Virus genome (UHGV): UHGV-1871327
From: a virus
DNA: 41,362 bases
Reading direction: 5' to 3' (one strand)
Position numbers and translations under genes: made by a program. The notes under the pieces are model-generated. The model saw only the letters and a list, made by a program, of their open reading frames with translations. It had not been told where the DNA came from and did not search any database. Numbering within the stretch: the first letter of the stretch is position 1; every line of letters starts with the position of its first letter. Of the stretch, positions 1 through 9,921 are shown one piece after another.

Positions 1-15
1 ATTCCTGTTTTGCCT
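1..15. repeat. Copy R1 of the recombination-site-like repeat (attcctgttttgcct); the window starts inside it
   Basis: 15/15 identical to 39648-39662 (R2, same orientation) and to the reverse complement of 40790-40804 (R3). Confidence 0.6.
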
Positions 16-150
16 AATAAGCTCATCCTCGACCGTAGTCTGTTCGCCGTCCTCTGTGGTGTGCGCCACCTGGCCGGAATCCGTCTCAAAATGGTGCTCG
101 TCCCACCCACTTCCATTCGATATTTTAAAAATACTTTTTTTAATGCTCAT
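1..150 (-). CDS. Hypothetical protein, N-terminal part only (reads out of the left window edge across repeat R1)
   Basis: ATG at 150 with RBS GGAGGA (158-163, 7-nt spacer) right after the stop of the upstream collagen-like gene. The translation is Arg-rich, and the alternative +1 frame (..TTVEDELIRQNRN) looks more protein-like, so the frame is uncertain. Confidence 0.25.
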   Translation of the reverse strand, partial: MSIKKSIFKISNGSGWDEHHFETDSGQVAHTTEDGEQTTVEDELIRQNRN

Positions 151-165
151 CGTATCGTCCTCCTA

Positions 166-576
166 TCATGTATCAATCCAAACCGTGCCGCTTGCTACGC
201 CTGTCGGGGCAGATGCCTGTGTGTAGATCTTTGTCCCGTCCGCTCCCTTTGGCCCCGTCGGCCCTGCGGGTCCCCTTGGTCCCTGTGGCCCCGTCGCTCC
301 CGTGTCGCCTTTTTCTCCTTGTGGTCCTTGCGGCCCTTGTGGACCAGTGGGGCCTGTCGCTCCTTTGGCTCCGGTCGCGCCCTTCAGATTTTTAAAGGCA
401 AATGCAAACGTGGGAGCCGCCGTCGTTCCACCCTTTGTCACTGTCACGGACGGGGTGCCTGTGTTTGTATCAACACTGGCGCTGGCGGTAATGCTTGGCG
501 TTGCGCCGGTTGCTCCTCTTGGTCCGGTCGGCCCCTGCGGGCCTACCACGGATCCCAAATCTACCCTGTTTGCCAT
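166..576 (-). CDS. Collagen-like (Gly-X-Y repeat) tail fibre protein
   Basis: Long [15 protein letters not shown]-type collagen triple-helix repeats. N-terminus [16 protein letters not shown] is paralogous to the 581..1834 product. C-terminal ..SGTVWIDT motif. Last gene of the tail operon. Confidence 0.75.
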   Translation of the reverse strand: MANRVDLGSVVGPQGPTGPRGATGATPSITASASVDTNTGTPSVTVTKGGTTAAPTFAFAFKNLKGATGAKGATGPTGPQGPQGPQGEKGDTGATGPQGPRGPAGPTGPKGADGTKIYTQASAPTGVASGTVWIDT

Positions 577-580
577 GCTA

Positions 581-1834
581 TCACCCCCAAATTGCGATCA
601 AATGGCCGTTGTCGTCTATCTCAAATGATGGCGTCTGCCCGGCAGGCCCCTGCGGACCAGTTGCGCCTGTATCTCCTTTCGGTCCCTGTGGTCCCGTATC
701 ACCAGTTTCTCCCTTCGGTCCTGTTTCCCCGGTATCGCCCTTCGGACCCTGCGTGCCAGTATCTCCTTTAGGCCCTTGTGCCCCGGTAGCACCACGCGGT
801 ATTGTAAAATTAAATACCGCTGCATTAGAGGTTCCACTATTGCTTACCGCTGCATCACTGCCGGCGGCTCCAGTTGCAACCGTTCCGATTCGGATTGTTG
901 CGGCAGCTCCGGCCGGACCGGTGTCGCCTTTTGGCCCGGTCGCACCAGTAGCTCCAGTGTCACCTTTCTCACCTTTTTCTCCTTGCGGCCCCTGAAGGTC
1001 AGCTACCATCTGGAATCCGGTGATCAGTACGCGGTACCCGGCGGGCAACCCTGATTTTAACGTAATCCCCAGACCGTCAGAATGTTCGGTGAACGCATCG
1101 CCTGACTGTCTGGCGCCATTGACATATAATTGCAGTGCATTGGTGCCAGGATTGAAATTATAGTTCGTCCAGGTAAAATCCGTCTGATTTTCGGTCGTGA
1201 TAAATTCCTTCTGGAATAGGATGTAGCTCTGCGTGCTTCCAGGCGGTCCCTGAATGCCCTGCTCTCCCTGAGGCCCTTGGGGGCCTGTCTCTCCCTGCTC
1301 ACCCTGCGGGCCCTGTGGGCCTGTTGCGCCGCGGCTGGGTTTGCCTGTATCCTGCGACCCCAGAAACCAGTTCCCGTTACTGCCGATCGTAGGCGTGATC
1401 CCGTCATCGCCCGGGTCTCCTTTGGGGCCGGTAGGGCCAGTGGCTCCCGTATCACCTTTCTCGCCCTGCACACCCTGGATCCCCTGTGGGCCAGTAGGCC
1501 CCTGCGGCCCCTGCGGCCCTTGCGGCCCCTGGATACCTGTCGCTCCAGACAGATCACAGATATACTGGTACGCCGTGTCGCCTTTGCAATACAGTTTTCC
1601 GGTATCTGCATCGTTCACATCGCCGGTATCGATCATGACAAACCCACCAATCGCTACCCCGTCCGTGGCATACCCGGCGTTCATGGCTGCTACCGATTCG
1701 TAGATCTTTGCGATTTTAAACGGCTCTCCGGGATCTCCTTTGGGCCCCTGAATGCCCTGGACACCCTGCGGACCCTGCTCTCCGCGAGGACCCTGTGGGC
1801 CTACTACCTTACCTAAGTCTACTGTTGTTGCCAT
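581..1834 (-). CDS. Collagen-like repeat tail fibre protein
   Basis: Several Gly-X-Y blocks separated by globular segments. N-terminus [17 protein letters not shown]-terminus ..[11 protein letters not shown] shares a motif with the upstream 420-aa protein. Confidence 0.8.
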   Translation of the reverse strand: MATTVDLGKVVGPQGPRGEQGPQGVQGIQGPKGDPGEPFKIAKIYESVAAMNAGYATDGVAIGGFVMIDTGDVNDADTGKLYCKGDTAYQYICDLSGATGIQGPQGPQGPQGPTGPQGIQGVQGEKGDTGATGPTGPKGDPGDDGITPTIGSNGNWFLGSQDTGKPSRGATGPQGPQGEQGETGPQGPQGEQGIQGPPGSTQSYILFQKEFITTENQTDFTWTNYNFNPGTNALQLYVNGARQSGDAFTEHSDGLGITLKSGLPAGYRVLITGFQMVADLQGPQGEKGEKGDTGATGATGPKGDTGPAGAAATIRIGTVATGAAGSDAAVSNSGTSNAAVFNFTIPRGATGAQGPKGDTGTQGPKGDTGETGPKGETGDTGPQGPKGDTGATGPQGPAGQTPSFEIDDNGHLIAIWG

Positions 1835-1845
1835 ACTGTCCTCCT

Positions 1846-3108
1846 TCAGTCGTCATAAATGGCGATCAGATGCCCATCGCTGTTAATCATCATCTGCGGG
1901 GTTTTTCCATCATCCCCCTTCAGGTCTGTATACTGATAGTTGGATTCATCCTCGCGCTTTACGCCCAGGGATGTTCCCTGCCACCGGTACTGCAGGCTGT
2001 ATCCCCGTGCGCCCATACCCGCAGCGCTGCTACCAGAACCTGTCGTGCCGCCCGTACCTCCGCCAGAAGCTATTTCCTGCCCCAGCGTCTGGACAGGATT
2101 ACCAAATGTGGGAACCACATCGTAGCCGGTTTCGTCCCAGCTTTCTTCCACCTCTGTGATGTAGGCATCCAGGGACACACCGCTGTTTTCCCCAATCACT
2201 GTCACCCGGTCGCCCATCGTCCAACGCTTCCCGTATTCATCGGCCAGAGCGGTCACTTCAAAGCTCTCTTCCGCTACATATTCCGCCAGCTTCGTTTCTC
2301 CCCTGGCCGGAAGCTGCTCCGGGTCCTCGATGTCCCGCGCATCAATCAGGATTTCCCTCCGGGCTTCCCCGGCATAATCATCCCCGACGATCCGCACCTG
2401 CCGATCTGTGCCCTCGCCCTGGCCAGCCACATAAGCACAGTTTTTGGTGTTGCTGTCATTGTAGGTATAGATTTCTTTTTCGATGTTGTCATAACTGCGG
2501 CGGAACACCACCTGCGGGTTAGCATCCTGCGCCAGCGACCGGTCCGTGCCGCCCAGCACCTCAAAGACCTCCTTGCCTGCATCCAGATCCACCCGGATGG
2601 ACAGCCCCAGCATACTGTATTTTGACAGCTCCGACAGGCAATCCAGTAAGCCATCATACCGTGTCTGATAGGACAGCTTCTGGCCGCGTCCCTGGGATGT
2701 CCCACAGGTCAGGTTGGCAAAATTCCGTTTCGGATCCGCGCAGTTCACCGCGTTTTTCTGCACCAGGTCGTACATGATGTTTTCCACATTATCATCGTAG
2801 GCTAAATGCGCCTGCCCTGCAGCGGGTACTGTGATCCGCTGCGACAGCAGCCACAGCAGCGTATATCCTTTAATCGTAACACTGCCGTCGTCTGCAACGT
2901 TGATATACTCAATAATACCGTTCTTCCGGTTGTCCCGGTCCCAGATAATCCGGTTCCCCTGCTGGATATAGGATTCTACCTGATCCAGATAGATCTCAAA
3001 CTGCCCGTAAGTATGCCAGCGGCCTGTAAATATCACAGTTGCTTCATCGGACATTCCCAGAAAATCATAATCCCGGCTGTAAAACCGGACATTCATGTGT
3101 CGATCCAT
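1846..3108 (-). CDS. Phage tail or minor structural protein (possibly Siphovirus Gp37-like)
   Basis: 420 aa, positioned between the distal tail protein and the fibre genes. Gly/Ser-rich linker, then C-terminal ..[13 protein letters not shown]. The family assignment comes from memory of Gp37-like N-termini and is not verified. Confidence 0.55.
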   Translation of the reverse strand: MDRHMNVRFYSRDYDFLGMSDEATVIFTGRWHTYGQFEIYLDQVESYIQQGNRIIWDRDNRKNGIIEYINVADDGSVTIKGYTLLWLLSQRITVPAAGQAHLAYDDNVENIMYDLVQKNAVNCADPKRNFANLTCGTSQGRGQKLSYQTRYDGLLDCLSELSKYSMLGLSIRVDLDAGKEVFEVLGGTDRSLAQDANPQVVFRRSYDNIEKEIYTYNDSNTKNCAYVAGQGEGTDRQVRIVGDDYAGEARREILIDARDIEDPEQLPARGETKLAEYVAEESFEVTALADEYGKRWTMGDRVTVIGENSGVSLDAYITEVEESWDETGYDVVPTFGNPVQTLGQEIASGGGTGGTTGSGSSAAGMGARGYSLQYRWQGTSLGVKREDESNYQYTDLKGDDGKTPQMMINSDGHLIAIYDD

Positions 3109-3272
3109 ATACTTCCGCTCACCGCCTCACCCGGTTCATCCGTCTGTATGTAGATGTTGCGCCAACCGGTCCCCTGCTGTCTGGCAAACCATTCTTCCCA
3201 TTGCTTCTGAAACTCTGCCACCATATCATTGTATTCCGTCAGATTTTTGGGGCGAATCGCACCGCAAACAGA
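3093..3272 (-). other. -1 frame C-terminal extension ORF (..[37 protein letters not shown])
   Basis: 59-codon open frame overlapping the end of 3239..3706. It is reachable by a -1 slip on C.CCA.AAA (3245-3251). Its C-terminus SGSIWIDT matches the C-terminus of the 166..576 protein (SGTVWIDT). Confidence 0.5.
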
Positions 3273-3706
3273 CTGGTCAAACGCTCATCCGCCACCGTAA
3301 TCGCACCTGCCGGCGTCACAGTAACCCGCGCCAGTGATATTTCCCAGATGCTGCTATCCCGTTGTAGCGTCGGCGGCTGCGGATTGCTGGCCGGTGTGCC
3401 CCGCTTCAGCACTGCCGTAATCGGACCCGTTGCAAGATTAGCCTGCAGCACTACCCGGTCAATGCGGCTGTACTGCGCATCCGGCGTTACCGTCAGGGAT
3501 TTCGCGCTGTCATTGTAATAGTAAAACCCCTTCACAATCGCAAATCCTGTCCCGATCTGTACAGCCCCAGAGCCTCTGGTAACGGCCAACGTCATATTCC
3601 CGGCATCGTCCAGGCTCACGCCAGATTCATACAGGTTGTTAAAATACCGGTTAAACTCCTCCTGCCCGTATAGGGTATCTCCATCATAAAATCCACTGTA
3701 TTCCAT
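3239..3706 (-). CDS. Tail fibre or baseplate protein, main frame (probably extended by a -1 frameshift, see 3093..3272)
   Basis: 155-aa ORF directly downstream of the Dit-like gene. It ends 2 codons after a CCCAAAA slippery heptamer. Confidence 0.55.
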   Translation of the reverse strand: MEYSGFYDGDTLYGQEEFNRYFNNLYESGVSLDDAGNMTLAVTRGSGAVQIGTGFAIVKGFYYYNDSAKSLTVTPDAQYSRIDRVVLQANLATGPITAVLKRGTPASNPQPPTLQRDSSIWEISLARVTVTPAGAITVADERLTSLFAVRFAPKI

Positions 3707-3715
3707 ATGTCCTCC

Positions 3716-4561
3716 TTATACTCCCAGGTATCGCTCCCGGTAATAAACCTCCACGCCTTTGCTCCGCAGCGTTCCGGCACTGTACTCAATCATGTTGTCT
3801 CCCGGCTGCAGCCAAAAGAAGTCAGATGTATTTTTGTCCAGATAATTCCAGGCATCTTCCCGGCCGGATGCTGTAATCACTTCCACGGATTTCTGCTGGA
3901 ATCCGGTATTGATATACAGCGTCTCGTCCGATGTCAGTGCACGATTCACTTTGATGGATTCCCCGGTCGCATGGTTCGTGATCTGCGGTGTGGATGCCGG
4001 CCCCTGGAAATAGATCTCCACCGGGGTCTCTATATGCCCGCTGTTGTAGATATTTTTCTTCAACTCCCCATACTGCCGCATCTTAAACGGCAGGGAGAAT
4101 TTCCATTTCCAGCCGCCGATCAGCGTCATAATCGGTACGGACACCTGGGCAGACTTAAATGAAGGATCCAAACATTTCAGATACAGCAGGCAGGACAGCT
4201 CATCGTGAACATTCGTATTATTCATCTTAAAACTGCTGACTTCGTATTCGATCTCTCGCGTCACGTCCATGTAGGTAACCGTCAGTATTCCTCCCTGATA
4301 CGGGCTGAAAAAACCGATCAGGCGCTGCCGCATCTCCGATATACTATCCCACGGAAGGTAATCAAAATTGACCATGATCTGTCGAGACAGGACATGGCGC
4401 CTTTTCAGCCGCTCGCCGTCGGCATTGGTATTCGTCTCGGTCGTCAGCTCATAATCGCTGGATTCGATCCCGGAATATTCCGTAACGCCGAACAGCGACC
4501 CATCCATCAAGATGGTGTCGCCGTCCCGCTCAAACTGAAATATGATATTTTTCAATGCCAT
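3716..4561 (-). CDS. Distal tail protein (Dit-like phage tail family protein)
   Basis: 281 aa immediately after the tape measure and overlapping its stop. Size and position are typical of siphovirus Dit. Confidence 0.65.
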   Translation of the reverse strand: MALKNIIFQFERDGDTILMDGSLFGVTEYSGIESSDYELTTETNTNADGERLKRRHVLSRQIMVNFDYLPWDSISEMRQRLIGFFSPYQGGILTVTYMDVTREIEYEVSSFKMNNTNVHDELSCLLYLKCLDPSFKSAQVSVPIMTLIGGWKWKFSLPFKMRQYGELKKNIYNSGHIETPVEIYFQGPASTPQITNHATGESIKVNRALTSDETLYINTGFQQKSVEVITASGREDAWNYLDKNTSDFFWLQPGDNMIEYSAGTLRSKGVEVYYRERYLGV

Positions 4562-7500
4562 GCCATCTCCTTTGCCGTTTTCTTCATTTCCCTGGACATC
4601 TCCACCGGCGATTTTACCGGCTGATAGATGTTCACGGTCTGATTGACCTCTCCGGGCTCCGCCGGCGTCTGCTCCGGTATCGGCACTTGCTGGCGATTCA
4701 GGGACATGCTTACCGCCGCGCGCTGCATCACGCCGTCCATGGCAGCCCGCATCTGAGCCAGCGTTGCTTTCCGGGCAGCCGCATCCATGGCGCCGATCAT
4801 TGTCTGCCCCGCTGCTTTGTCCACTTTCGGCTGCATGTCCTCAATGCCTACTACAATACCGCCACCCCAGTTCTGCCCGACCTTTATCGTCTTTTTCGCC
4901 GGGCTGTGTGCCTGCTGGGCTGCGTTAGCTGCGTTGATCGCATTGGTAACGGTAGCCGCCGCCTGCTGGGCAATCTGGTTTGCCCTGGACTGGATGCCGG
5001 CAATCATGCCATTGGCAAAATTCAGCCCGACCTGGTAGGCCCGGTTATACATGTTCGCGGATTCAATGGCCTGGATCGCGCCATTTGCCAGCTCGCGCGC
5101 TGCGCCTACCGCTCCGTTCTGCCCTGACCGGATGCCCTGGGTCATGCCCTGAGATGCATTAATACCTTCCGTTTTTGCAATCGTTTTCAGATTTGAGTTC
5201 TGAAACTCCCTACGGAGCAGGTTAATCATGGTCTGGACGGTTTTCACGGCATTATTGGAGCCGGTTGTCAGTGATCCATTCATCGCCGTCATAGCCCCGT
5301 CCATAGCCACCTGCACAGCTCCGCTCATGTTGGAGTTACTGATTCCCCTCGATACTGCCGTTCCATATGCCGCGGCGTTCGTTTCCGCTGTACCGGCTCC
5401 CTGAGCCAGATATTCATTGGCCGCGTTTGCCGCCTGCTGTGCATTCGTTCCGAAAATTCCGGCCAGATCAGCAGATGTAAAACCCGTTGCGCCTGCCTGA
5501 GCAAACTGTGCGGCTGCCGCCTGCAAATCACCCATGTGGGCAATAAACTGATCCTGTGGTACTCCTACCACCTGCGCTGCCCACGCCAGCGCATTGTACA
5601 GGGTATCAGAGCTATATATCCCGGTCCCGGCTGCATTCGCCATAGTGGTTGCTGCTGTAGCCACCGCGGGGGCGCCATTTGTGAACGCTGTGGCTGTGGC
5701 ATTAATGGTCCCCTGTGCGCTGGCTGTTGCCGTTGCATCATTCTGCACACGCCCATCCCGGACAGCCTGATCCACCTGATCGGTAACGCCGTTTTTTGTG
5801 GCAGTATAGATTGTCGGCGCTCCAACGCCGAAAGTATCAATAATAGAATTCAGGACGCTTCCGGATGTTCCGGCTGCTGCCGCGTACAGCTCCGGATTGG
5901 CCTGCTCCAGCTCCTCCAGCATTGGGGTGATTGCATTCGCCATGGCTGTTCTGGTACTGGACGGAAGATCTGCAAAACCTTCCAGCAGTCCAGCCGCCTG
6001 TGACTTTCCGGCTGCCGAAAGCTGATTATACATATCAGATCCTGCAATAGCAGCAACCATGTTCGGCGCAATCTGCCTGGCTACATCTGCCGCATTCTCT
6101 CCGCCTTCTTCGATCTGGCTCAGAAATTCATCAATCGCTTTCTGAGTTGTGCCCGTGATGGATTCAACACCAGCAAAACCGCCTTCTGCGGCCTTATCCA
6201 TCGTAGCTTTAACCGCATCATAAGCGCTGTTATCTTCCAGTAATTGCTGCCACGCCGCGATCACTTCGTCTGGAGCCATATTGGCCGAATCCTTAAACGC
6301 CGGATATTCTGCTTCCATTTCAGCCATGGCGGGCTGTAAATACCCTGCGACCTTTTCCTTGATGTCGTCCGGAAAGCTGTCCCAAGCGGTTACCAACGAC
6401 TGGATAACCTCGGCTTGTGCATTCGTAATTTGCCCGCCGTTTGTAGCGACTTCTCCGGCAAAGGCGATCAGGTTCTGCACATATTTACTGTTGCCATCGT
6501 CCAGCAACTTGTAAAGCTGGTCATTAATATCAGCAAGCGCCCTTTGATGCCTTTGCTCCTCTTCTTCTGCGGCATAATTGATCTGCCACCTGGCATCCAC
6601 ATCATCATAGCCAGCCCTGTTATATTCATCCATCGTGGCACGCCAAGCTTCATAGTTGCTTTCGTCGTACCCTTGCATGGTCTGGTTATGATATTCTGTT
6701 TCCGCCTCATACTGGGAATACAGACCGTTCATGGTCTGTACAAATTCATCATATCCGCCTGTCAGCTCTTCATATTTCTCGTTGACAGACGTGGTCATTT
6801 CGGTATACCGGTCAATGACGCCCTGCTTCTGTTTTTCGTAGGCGTCTATAATTTCTTCCACATGGGCCTGTGTTTCCGCTGCAGAAATGCCTTCGGCCTC
6901 AGCCTTCTGCTGATACAACGCAATTTCGGTCGCCTGCTGCTCCTCCAAGATGCGAATCTGCTCATTCTTTGACTCTTCGGCAGTCTGCAACCACGTTGCC
7001 TGTTTCTGCTGATATTCCGCCACGGACCCGTCAAACGCTTCTATTTCCGCATCTACGGCAGCTTGTATGGCCTCCTGCTTCTTGATTTCTATTTCAAGCT
7101 GTTGCTGGTAAAGTGTTTGGAGCTGGTCGTAATAATCTTGCAGAGTCTGGATTTCAGATTCCGTATATCCATTCCGTTCCTCAGATTCTCGACGGTATAT
7201 CTCCGAAATCCCGCTTTGCGCGGCATCAATACCGGACGTCATGGCGTCCAGTTCTTCCTGTGTTGCGAAAAGTGTGTCAGCATAATTGCCGTAGATAGAT
7301 TCTGCGTTATTGATGGTCTGCATCATATTGGCGATGTTCTGTCCACCAGTCTCGCAGGCTTCTCCAACACGATCTACAGAATCACTTAATTCTTTTGCTG
7401 CCTTTGCAGCCGGAGAAAACGTGGAGTTCCAAGTTGCAAGCGCAGTGATCACTCCGATTATGGCAGTAGCAAGCAGCATATATGGATTTGCGCTTACTGC

Positions 7501-9147
7501 CTTATTCAGCGCTTCCTGTGCGGCTTTTACCTTTTCCATTACGGTTGTTACGGTCTTATAGGCAAGGAAGGCCGTAACAGCGCCAGTTATCAGAGGGATA
7601 ATTGTCTCAAAATTTTCCCCGATCCAATCCAAAATTTTTACCAGTGCAGGCCCTACAACATCTATGATCTGACCGATCGCTTTTACAAGCGATTCGAAAA
7701 ACCGGATTGCCGCGTCAATGCCTTTTTTCAATCCACCTTTCTGCAGGGATTTCCCAATGTCGTCAAATACCTTTTTCAGAGGCTTCCCGACTTCTTTCGG
7801 TAACAGCTTCGCCAGACCATTCGCCAACGCGCCGACAATCTCACTCGCCGCTGCAAGCAGTTGATCCTTGTTGTCGATCAGCCCCTGCACAAAGGACTGG
7901 ATCACAGTCACTGCCATATCTATTACATCCGGTACCGCTTCCGCAATTCCCGTCAGCAAATTAGCCATAACATCACCGGCCGCCCTGGCAGCTCCGGTAG
8001 CGCCGTTTTCCCGGAAGGCATCCGTAATCTGGTCGATCGCATCCGCCGCCGCAAACGCCGCATCCTTCAGCGGATCCTGGATGGATTCATAGACCGTAAT
8101 CCCAAAGGATTCCGCGGCGCCGCCCACCTGCTCAATGGCAGATTTCAGGTTGTCCTGCATGGTGGTGGCCATCTCTTCCGCGGCACCGTCGCAGTTCATG
8201 TAGGACTGCGTCATTTCCTCCAGCTTGCCGTCTGTTGTATTGAGCAGCGCCAGCATTCCGGACAGGGATTCCTGCCCGTACAGCGTCACCAGGTAATTGT
8301 TCCGCTGCTCATCCGTCAGCCCCTCGGTCGCTTTTTTCAGCACGGAGATCTGTTCGGACAGAGACAGCATCCTTCCCTCGGAATCATAAAAGCTGATCCC
8401 CAGTTCGTCCATGGCTTCCTGCATATCCTGTGTAGGCTTGGACAATCGGGACAGCGCGCCCCGGAGAGTTGTGCCTGCCTGAGAGCCTTTGATGCCATTA
8501 TCGGCCATGATACCGATGGCGGCCGCCGTCTCTTCCAGGGATAACCCTGCTGACCTGGCCAACGGGGCAATATACTTCATGGCCTCGCCGGTATCGGCCA
8601 CTGCGGCATTGGTATCCGCCGCATTTTTCGCCAGTACGTCCGCTACATGCCCCGCCTCAGATGCTTCCAGCCCGAAGCCCCGCAGGGTGGACGCTGCTAT
8701 ATCCGCGCTGGCCGCCAGATCTTCCCCGGAGGATGCGGCCAGATCCAGCATACCGGGCATAGCTGCCATAATTTCCGACACCGAAAAGCCGGCAGATGCC
8801 AGGTTTTCCATGCCTTCTGCGGTCTCGCGTGCCGAAAAAGCGGTTTCCGCGCCCAGGTCTACTGCCTGATCCTTCAGACGCTCCAACTCTTCTGCTGTTG
8901 CGCCGGAAATGGCCTGCACCCGAGACATCTGTGCCTCAAAGTCCATCCCGACTTTGCCGGCAGCAACCGCAATCCCTCCAATCGCGGTTGAAATACCGCC
9001 AACGGCAGCCACGGCCACCTTCGCGCCCTTTCCGGCCAGGGAACTAAGCGATTTCAGCCCTTTTTCCAGTCCGCTGGAATCCAGCGAAGTATCTATTCTT
9101 ATTGTGCCGTCTGCCATATTTACCACCTGCCTTTTATCTGGTGGCAA
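4552..9147 (-). CDS. Tail tape measure protein
   Basis: 1531 aa, Ala/Gly/Gln-rich and coiled-coil. N-terminal region ..MSRVQAISGATAEELERLKDQAVDLGAETAFSARETAEGMENLASAGFSV is a classic TP901-family TMP domain. Sits after the chaperone genes. Confidence 0.95.
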   Translation of the reverse strand: MPPDKRQVVNMADGTIRIDTSLDSSGLEKGLKSLSSLAGKGAKVAVAAVGGISTAIGGIAVAAGKVGMDFEAQMSRVQAISGATAEELERLKDQAVDLGAETAFSARETAEGMENLASAGFSVSEIMAAMPGMLDLAASSGEDLAASADIAASTLRGFGLEASEAGHVADVLAKNAADTNAAVADTGEAMKYIAPLARSAGLSLEETAAAIGIMADNGIKGSQAGTTLRGALSRLSKPTQDMQEAMDELGISFYDSEGRMLSLSEQISVLKKATEGLTDEQRNNYLVTLYGQESLSGMLALLNTTDGKLEEMTQSYMNCDGAAEEMATTMQDNLKSAIEQVGGAAESFGITVYESIQDPLKDAAFAAADAIDQITDAFRENGATGAARAAGDVMANLLTGIAEAVPDVIDMAVTVIQSFVQGLIDNKDQLLAAASEIVGALANGLAKLLPKEVGKPLKKVFDDIGKSLQKGGLKKGIDAAIRFFESLVKAIGQIIDVVGPALVKILDWIGENFETIIPLITGAVTAFLAYKTVTTVMEKVKAAQEALNKAVSANPYMLLATAIIGVITALATWNSTFSPAAKAAKELSDSVDRVGEACETGGQNIANMMQTINNAESIYGNYADTLFATQEELDAMTSGIDAAQSGISEIYRRESEERNGYTESEIQTLQDYYDQLQTLYQQQLEIEIKKQEAIQAAVDAEIEAFDGSVAEYQQKQATWLQTAEESKNEQIRILEEQQATEIALYQQKAEAEGISAAETQAHVEEIIDAYEKQKQGVIDRYTEMTTSVNEKYEELTGGYDEFVQTMNGLYSQYEAETEYHNQTMQGYDESNYEAWRATMDEYNRAGYDDVDARWQINYAAEEEEQRHQRALADINDQLYKLLDDGNSKYVQNLIAFAGEVATNGGQITNAQAEVIQSLVTAWDSFPDDIKEKVAGYLQPAMAEMEAEYPAFKDSANMAPDEVIAAWQQLLEDNSAYDAVKATMDKAAEGGFAGVESITGTTQKAIDEFLSQIEEGGENAADVARQIAPNMVAAIAGSDMYNQLSAAGKSQAAGLLEGFADLPSSTRTAMANAITPMLEELEQANPELYAAAAGTSGSVLNSIIDTFGVGAPTIYTATKNGVTDQVDQAVRDGRVQNDATATASAQGTINATATAFTNGAPAVATAATTMANAAGTGIYSSDTLYNALAWAAQVVGVPQDQFIAHMGDLQAAAAQFAQAGATGFTSADLAGIFGTNAQQAANAANEYLAQGAGTAETNAAAYGTAVSRGISNSNMSGAVQVAMDGAMTAMNGSLTTGSNNAVKTVQTMINLLRREFQNSNLKTIAKTEGINASQGMTQGIRSGQNGAVGAARELANGAIQAIESANMYNRAYQVGLNFANGMIAGIQSRANQIAQQAAATVTNAINAANAAQQAHSPAKKTIKVGQNWGGGIVVGIEDMQPKVDKAAGQTMIGAMDAAARKATLAQMRAAMDGVMQRAAVSMSLNRQQVPIPEQTPAEPGEVNQTVNIYQPVKSPVEMSREMKKTAKEMAWH

Positions 9148-9165
9148 AGTAGGCGCGGGCCCTAC

Positions 9166-9318
9166 TCACTGGTGGGTTTTATGCACTCTTCCCTTTGCCG
9201 GATATTCAATTTCATTCATTTTCCCGCACCGTGGACACTTGATTTCGCCTTTTATGCGCTCCACAAACAGGAGGGTCCGCCCACAGTGCTGACATTTGAT
9301 CTTTACAATGCCGACCAC
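9166..9318 (-). CDS. Small zinc-ribbon protein (about 50 aa, below the ORF-track length cutoff)
   Basis: Translation VVGIVKIKCQHCGRTLLFVERIKGEIKCPRCGKMNEIEYPAKGRVHKTHQ has two CxxC pairs. AGGAG RBS upstream. Start is GTG (9318) or ATT (9309). Fills the gap between the Gp15-like gene and the TMP. Confidence 0.4.
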   Translation of the reverse strand: MVGIVKIKCQHCGRTLLFVERIKGEIKCPRCGKMNEIEYPAKGRVHKTHQ

Positions 9319-9324
9319 TCCTTT

Positions 9325-9921
9325 TTACAGATATGGCGTCGGGTCTTCCCCGTTCCGCAATGCTTCTCTCAGTTTTTCCTGCTTTTCCGTTACCGGCTCC
9401 CGCAGCTTGTAATACCGCTGCAGTGCCTTATACAGCGTCCGCTCCTCTTTTGATAGACGCTTATGGTTTGTGTCCTTTGTCCGGATCTCAATGATCCGGT
9501 TCAGCCGCACATCGGATGGGAGTTCCGCCAGCATCTCCTGAAAATCCCACCAATGCAGGTATTCCACCGCACGGAGGTCTATCCCGTACACCCGCCGGAA
9601 GGCAGCCCAGATTAACCGGCTGTCCACTTCGTAGTCCATCGGCTTATCATTATTGATACCCAGCAACTGATTGCTCGGCTTGTGTTTCCGCTCCTCCTGC
9701 CCACACTGTACGAACCAGTTCAGCTGCAGCATGGCTTCCACTACATTGGCCGGGATACCGCCATACATCAGGATCAGCGCATCCTCCAGCTCACTACCGT
9801 CCGGACGCTCCTCCCGGATGATATGGTCATAGCGTAAAACGGCGCGGAAATCCGTCTGGATCGGATACTCCGCACCGTCGATAATCAGGGATGTGGGTGG
9901 ATTTTCTATGATATAATTCAT
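9325..9921 (-). CDS. Tail assembly protein (Gp15-like, T-like position before the TMP)
   Basis: 198 aa, ATGA overlap with the upstream chaperone gene. Position between chaperone and TMP. Confidence 0.5.
   Translation of the reverse strand: MNYIIENPPTSLIIDGAEYPIQTDFRAVLRYDHIIREERPDGSELEDALILMYGGIPANVVEAMLQLNWFVQCGQEERKHKPSNQLLGINNDKPMDYEVDSRLIWAAFRRVYGIDLRAVEYLHWWDFQEMLAELPSDVRLNRIIEIRTKDTNHKRLSKEERTLYKALQRYYKLREPVTEKQEKLREALRNGEDPTPYL

Noticed and set aside
10-1054. Plus-strand ORFs 10..771, 168..395, 302..628, 495..995, 776..1054 (and 1277..1816, 1341..1703)
   Set aside because: They are antisense or frame-shifted readings of the Gly-X-Y collagen repeats (rich in Pro, Arg and Cys). They fully overlap well-supported minus-strand fibre genes.
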